This document shows positions 58,958 through 64,000 of a stretch of 64,000 nt of DNA, piece after piece; within the stretch, counting starts at the first letter, position 1, and each line of letters starts with the position of its first letter. The DNA is taken from the NCBI RefSeq assembly GCF_046119375.1, contig NW_027362762.1, positions 741,086,001 to 741,150,000 of the forward strand, given 5' to 3'. Made by a program: the position numbers and the translations under genes. Origin of the DNA: Phyllobates terribilis (lineage: Eukaryota). Below the pieces are notes generated by a model. The model did no database searches, had not been told where the DNA came from, and was given only the letters and a program-made list of their open reading frames with translations.

Positions 58958-61900
58958 GACCGCTCGGAGAGGTCGTCCTAGACAAAAGTAAGCCCTCTCC
59001 ATCCCTGACTCTGTCTGTCTCTATCTCCTGGGGAGAGAACCGTCACTTTGAACTCGCTCAGCTAGATTCTGGAGCTGCTGGAAATCTCATTTCCCAGTCC
59101 CTAGTAGAGAAATACCACATTCCCACCAAATCTCTGGCTGAACCATTGTCTGTCGCCTCCATGGATGGGAGAGTCCTACCGGTGACCATCCTGCTCGTCA
59201 CGGAACCCATAACCCTGCAGGTAGGAATGCTGCACTCTGAAAAGATCTTCTTCCATGTGCTACCCGGACTATCTCACTCCCTATTGCTAGGCCTACCTTG
59301 GCTCCAGACGCATGAACCCGGGTTGAACTGGCAATCTAGTGAAGTACTCCGGTGGGGTCCGGACTGCCATAGGACCTGCCTGGTTCCGGTTCGCCCGGTT
59401 CGTCCACTACCCGCTCCAGCTAATTTACCCGGTCTTCCGGCTCCTTACTGGCCCTATGCAGACGTCTTCGGTAAAAAGGAGGCAGAGACATTACCACCTC
59501 ATAGGCCATATGATTGCCTGATCGACTTGGTACCTGGCGCCACTCCACCCTGTGGGCGTATTTATCCGTTGTCTGCGGCTGAAACCCGGGCCATGTCAGA
59601 GTACATAGAGGAGAATCTGGCTAGGGGATTCATCCGGAAGTCTACCTCCCCGGCTGGAGCCGGATTCTTCTTTGTCAAAAAGAAAGATGGCTCGCTACGT
59701 CCCTGTATTGACTATAGAGGGCTCAATCAAATCACGGTAAAAAACAAATACCCCCTGCCGCTCATCTCCGAGTTGTTTGATCGCCTCAAAGGCACCAGGA
59801 TCTTCTCCAAGCTGGATCTACTGGGAGCATATAACCTGGTCCGTATCCGTCAAGGAGACGAGTGGAAGACAGCATTCAATACCCGGGACGGTCACTATGA
59901 GTACCATGTGATGCCCTTCGGCCTCTGCAATGCTCCCGCCGTCTTCCAAGAACTGGTCAACGACATCTTTCGTGACCTCCTGTACTCCAGCGTGGTGGTA
60001 TACCTAGACGATATCTTGGTCTTCTCTCCGGATCTCCCCACACACCGGAGGGATGTTCGTCAGGTCCTGATTAGGCTCAGGCAGAACCACCTCTATGCCA
60101 AGTATGAGAAGTGCCTCTTCAACCAGACCTCCCTTCCATTCTTGGGCTACGTTATCTCCCAGACAGGCTTGCGAATGGATCCCGAGAAGCTCTCTGCTGT
60201 CCTAAGGTGGCCCCGTCCGGAGGGGTTGAAGGCGATACAGCGATTCCTGGGCTTCGCCATTTACTATCGTCTCTTCATCCCACACTTCTCGTCCCGGACT
60301 ACTCCCATATCTGCGCTCACCCGTAAGGGGGCAAATCCCAAGGTATGGTCGCCCGAAGCCGAGGAGGCCTTTCTTTCCTTAAAGAAAGCCTTCGCCTCTG
60401 CCCCAGTCCTGCACCGTCCGGACTGCAATAAACAATTCTACCTGGAGGTTGATGCCTCCTCCTCCGGAGCCGGAGCGGTACTCACCCAAAAATCTTCTAC
60501 CGGGAGAATGGTAACCTGCGGCTTCTTCTCCAAAATCTTCTTCTCGTCTGAGCGCAACTACTCCATAGGAGACCGTGAATTACTAGCCGTCAAATTGGCT
60601 CTGGAGGAGTGCCGCTATCTGCTTGAAGGGGCTCTATACCCGGTGATCATCTACACGGATCACAAAAATCTGGCATATCTCCAAAATGCCCAGAGACTTA
60701 ATCCGCGTCAGGCCCGGTGGTCTTTGTTTTTTGCCCGCTTCGATTTCATCTTACATTTCCGCCCGGCGGACAAGAATGTCAAAGCTGATGCCTTGTCCCG
60801 ATCCTTCCTGTCCTCCGATCAAGAGGAGGAGCCTATGCACATCATCGACCCCTCCAAGGTGATGAATATGGCCCCCTTGGATCTGACTCGTCATACACCC
60901 GGTAAGACGTTTGTAGCAGTACCAGATCGTGAGAAGGTTCTTCGCTGGGGTCATTCTTCTAAACTAGCTGGCCATGCTGGCCAAAAGAAGACCTTCATGC
61001 TCATTACCCGGCATTACTTGTGGCCTACCCTGCGTAAGGATGTTGTAGACTTCGTCACGGCCTGTTCATCTTGTGCCCGCAACAAAGTTCCCAGACATCT
61101 ACCAGCCGGTCATCTCCTGCCCTTTCCCGTACCCGCTGCTCCATGGCAGCACATTGCTATGGACTTTATCACCGACCTTCCTGTTTCTGCCGGGTGTACA
61201 GTCATTTGGGTGGTCGCTGACCGCTTTTCTAAAATGGCCCACTTCATTCCCTTGCCTGGTCTCCCATCTGCACCCGAGCTGGCTAAGGACTTTATCCGCC
61301 ACATTTTCCGTCTCCATGGCATACCCCTCCACATCGTGTCGGATCGAGGGGTTCAGTTCACCTCACGCTTCTGGAGAGCCACATGTAAGCTGCTAGACGT
61401 CACCCTGGATTTCTCCTCTGCTTACCACCCACAGTCCAATGACCAAGTGGAGCGGATCAATCAGATCCTTACCAGCTTCCTCCGGCACTTCGTTAATGCC
61501 CACCATTCCGATTTAGTGGACCTCCTACCATGGGCCGAGTTCTCTTATAATAACCATGAGAGCGAATCCTCTTCCAAGTCCCTGTTCTTTATAGTTTGTG
61601 GCCAACATCCCCGGATTCCGATTCCCGTCTCCGCTTCTGTGGACAACCCTGCTGCGGAGTCTCTTGTCAGCGAATTTTCTACCAATTGGGAGAGTACTAG
61701 GTCCGCTCTTCTTCAGGCTTCCGAGCGGATGAAGAGATATGCTGATAAGAGACATCTGGATCCGCCTCAATTTCATCCAGGAGACAAGGTCTGGCTCTCC
61801 TCCAAACATGTGCGGCTCAAAGTACCCTCCTACAAGTTAGGCCCTCGATTCATCGGTCCTTTCGAAGTCCTCAGGCAAATTAATCCAGTAGCCTACAAAT

Positions 61901-61971
61901 TAAAACTCCCGGCCACTCTGCGCATTCCCAACTCCTTAAAAGGTATCTCTCCTCAAACCCGTTGTCCTTAA
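58946..61971 (+). CDS. Gypsy pol (protease, RT, RNase H, integrase), reached by -1 frameshift; about 1000 codons open
   Basis: LDSGA protease; YPLPLI, FGLCNAPAVFQ, VYLDDIL RT; EVDASS RNase H; H..GH..C..C and DRG..F integrase; GPRFIGPF motif. Confidence 0.95.
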
Positions 61972-62019
61972 CACTTTTTCCAACAATCCAGGAATTCCTT
62001 CTGCTCCGGTTTCTGCTGA

Positions 62020-62165
62020 GGACATCTTTGAGGTAGAGAGTATTCTGGCCACCAAGAGGGTAAGGGGGAAAACTTGGAAGGGGTTTGGTCCTGAGGAAAG
62101 AACGTGGGAACCCGGGGAGAACATCAACGCCCCACTTCTCCTTGAGAAATTTCTCTCTGGCCTAA
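62020..62165 (+). pseudogene. Integrase C-terminal chromodomain (out of frame after a lesion near 61938)
   Basis: FEVESILATKRVRGKT-WKGFGPEERTWEPGENI, with a small deletion before WKG. Confidence 0.85.
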
Positions 62166-62194
62166 AAAAGGGGGGGCCTAAAGGGGGGGGGTAC

Positions 62195-63225
62195 TGTAGC
62201 ATCGGCGTCTCTGCCCACTGCTAGGCAGAGACGCCGTCCCTCTCACCTTCCCGCTCCTGGTGCGGCGTCCTCCAGCACTCCCCTCCTCGCTGCTGCCGGC
62301 GCTCGCTCCTTCCCAGGCACTGTGCTTAGGGCGCGCGCGTGCTCCCCGTCTCTTAAAGGGACCGCGCGCACAGTCCTAAGGAGTCCCCGACCAATTGCCG
62401 GAGGACCTCCTATATATAAAGCACCGCCTCCAAAATGGAGGTGCCTGAGCAAAGTTGTTGCACAGTATATTACCTCTGCTTCAGCTCTCAGGTCCCTTTG
62501 CCAGCCTGACTTCTGTTCCAGTCCGCCAGCCTGACTACTCTCCAGCCCGACAGTCTGCCTTCCGCACTACCCGCCAGTCTGTCTATGGGCAAGCCCGCCT
62601 GCCTACCAGGAAGCACCTGCCAGTTACCTGCCTGCTACCTGCCGTGCCTGCTAGCCTGCTCACCTGGGAGCACTCGCCTGTTACCTGCCCGTTACCTGCT
62701 AGCCTACCTGGAGGCTCTGCCGTCACATGCCGTGACCACCTGCCTGTCAGCCTAGAGACTACAGCCTGCTTGCCGTCACTTGCCATGACCACCTGCTAGC
62801 CTACCTGGAGGCTCTGCCGTCACATGCCGTGACCACCTGCCTGTCAGCCTAGAGACTATAGCCTGTTTGCTGTCACTTGCCGTGACCACCTGCTAGCCTA
62901 CCTGGAGGCTCCGGCTGTCACTTGCCGTGACCACCTACCCGCTTGCCAAGAGACTTCTTCCGTCACGTACCGTGACCACCCGTCAGCTAACCCAGAGACT
63001 TCTGCCTGCTTATCGTGCCCACCTGCTATACCGGTCAGTCTCAGTCATCTGACCCGTGGGAGTAGCACCCAAAGTAGCACCTGGTCCCTCTGCTCGGATC
63101 CTCCCTGGTCACGGAGTCGTTTGCCGCCGTTCGACCAGGGTCGGTTCGGGTAGATACTTAGTTACGCCCCTCTGGGTCCCTCCTTGCACCGCGGCACAGA
63201 GGTTCCACCACCCGGACCCGTTACA
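62195..63225 (+). repeat. 3' LTR
   Basis: TGTAGC...GTTACA, immediately after the polypurine tract. Confidence 0.96.
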
Positions 63226-63230
63226 CGCCA

Positions 63231-64000
63231 TATGCGTTGGGGGTCGTCTGATGTCGTTCCTCAGAGGCTGGCAAAAATATCACAGAATCCTTGGATTCTA
63301 AAGACCGTATCCTCAGGATACAAAATCGAATTTGCCCAGTTTCCCCCGGAGAGGTTTATTCTCACCAATCCCCAGCCAGTGTCCGGTACTTCACCCATGT
63401 GGTTAGAAGTACAGAAACTCTTAAAAATAGGGGCCATAAGTCTGGGTAGAGTGGTCCCAGGGACACTACTCAAGACTCTTTTCCATCAAGAAACCCTCAG
63501 GCGAAACACGTATAATAATAAACCTAAAACCGTTAAACCACTGGGTGAGATACAAATGATTCAAGGTGGAATCAGTTCGGTCTACCATTCCCCTGATAGA
63601 CAGAGGGGCCGTGATGTGTACCCTAGACCTCCAGAAAGCCTACTACCATGTCCCCATCCATCCCATCGATCAAAAATTTTTGAGATTTGCTATAAAAGTG
63701 GGAAATCAGATCCACCATTTTCAATTCAGATATCTCCCCTTTGGTCTGGCCTCAGCCCCTTGGGTGTTTACAAAGCTGATAACAGAAGTAGTTTGGGAAT
63801 CATCATAGTCCCTTACCTCGACGATTTCCTTTTGGTGGGGGGGGTCTCGTCAGGAGCTTCTAGACCATGTAAGGATATCCATTTCCACCCTCCAGGAGTT
63901 GGGTTGGCTGATAAATTGGGAAAAATCAGACCTAGTTCCCGGGGAAAGAAAAAACTTCCTGGGAGTTACTCTGGATTCTTGCCTAAGAGCCTCATTTCTA
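63231..64000 (+). pseudogene. DIRS ORF2 reverse transcriptase (frameshifted, truncated by window end)
   Basis: VGGRL..W; GYKIEF; YSRLF..KKPSG..IINLKPLN; LDLQKAYYHVPI; LPFGLASAPWVFTK; PYLDD at 63814-63825; GWLINWEKS; FLG. Confidence 0.93.

Larger units (their letters stand above)
56946..63225 (+). mobile_element. Full-length Ty3/Gypsy chromovirus (sushi/Tf1 group) LTR retrotransposon
   Basis: 5-bp TSD CGCCA (56941-45 / 63226-30); LTRs 56946-57993 and 62195-63225; PPT 62165-62191; gag-pol with chromodomain. Confidence 0.97.
54985..64000 (+). mobile_element. DIRS1-type tyrosine-recombinase retrotransposon (5' part; runs off the window), interrupted by a Gypsy element
   Basis: Starts in a T-run (ttttttccaggacgtcc), no TSD, terminal hairpin 55034-54/55096-118; LAP2alpha-like gag; DIRS-type RT resumes after 63230. 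Confidence 0.9.

Overview
Vertebrate genomic DNA, almost certainly from a frog. This is inferred from the mix of T2/Kolobok-type TTAA MITEs, piggyBac-like repeats, Tc1, DIRS1 and chromovirus elements. There is one complete host gene: blzf1 (golgin-45/JEM-1, + strand, non-coding exon 1 near 8.15 kb, six coding exons 19893-34511, 387 aa). It shares a CpG-rich, RFX X-box-containing bidirectional promoter with what is most likely the ATG-only first exon of nme7 (- strand, 7963-7965). Most of the rest is nested transposons. These include about ten Tc1/mariner-superfamily copies (one with a single premature stop, and a DD41D foldback derivative), Harbinger, hAT and T2 MITEs, L2/CR1 tails, three Penelope-type hammerhead-like motifs, and an LTR with a tRNA-Leu PBS. 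At the right end is a nest: piggyBac-like repeat > DIRS1 element > full-length Ty3/Gypsy chromovirus with a 5-bp CGCCA TSD. Best leads: (1) the Gypsy element has an intact Tf1-style self-priming signature (11 nt at the predicted TSS, 30 nt after TATA, complementary to the PBS) plus a PEG10-like GGGAAAC -1 frameshift site with a hairpin; (2) the DIRS gag appears to need removal of a 94-nt GT-AG intron to give its full N-terminus; (3) a Penelope-like insert is flanked by a 338-bp duplication; (4) X-box/forkhead sites and exon-like segments downstream of blzf1 may belong to an unannotated gene. All alignments and counts were done by eye; no database searches were run.
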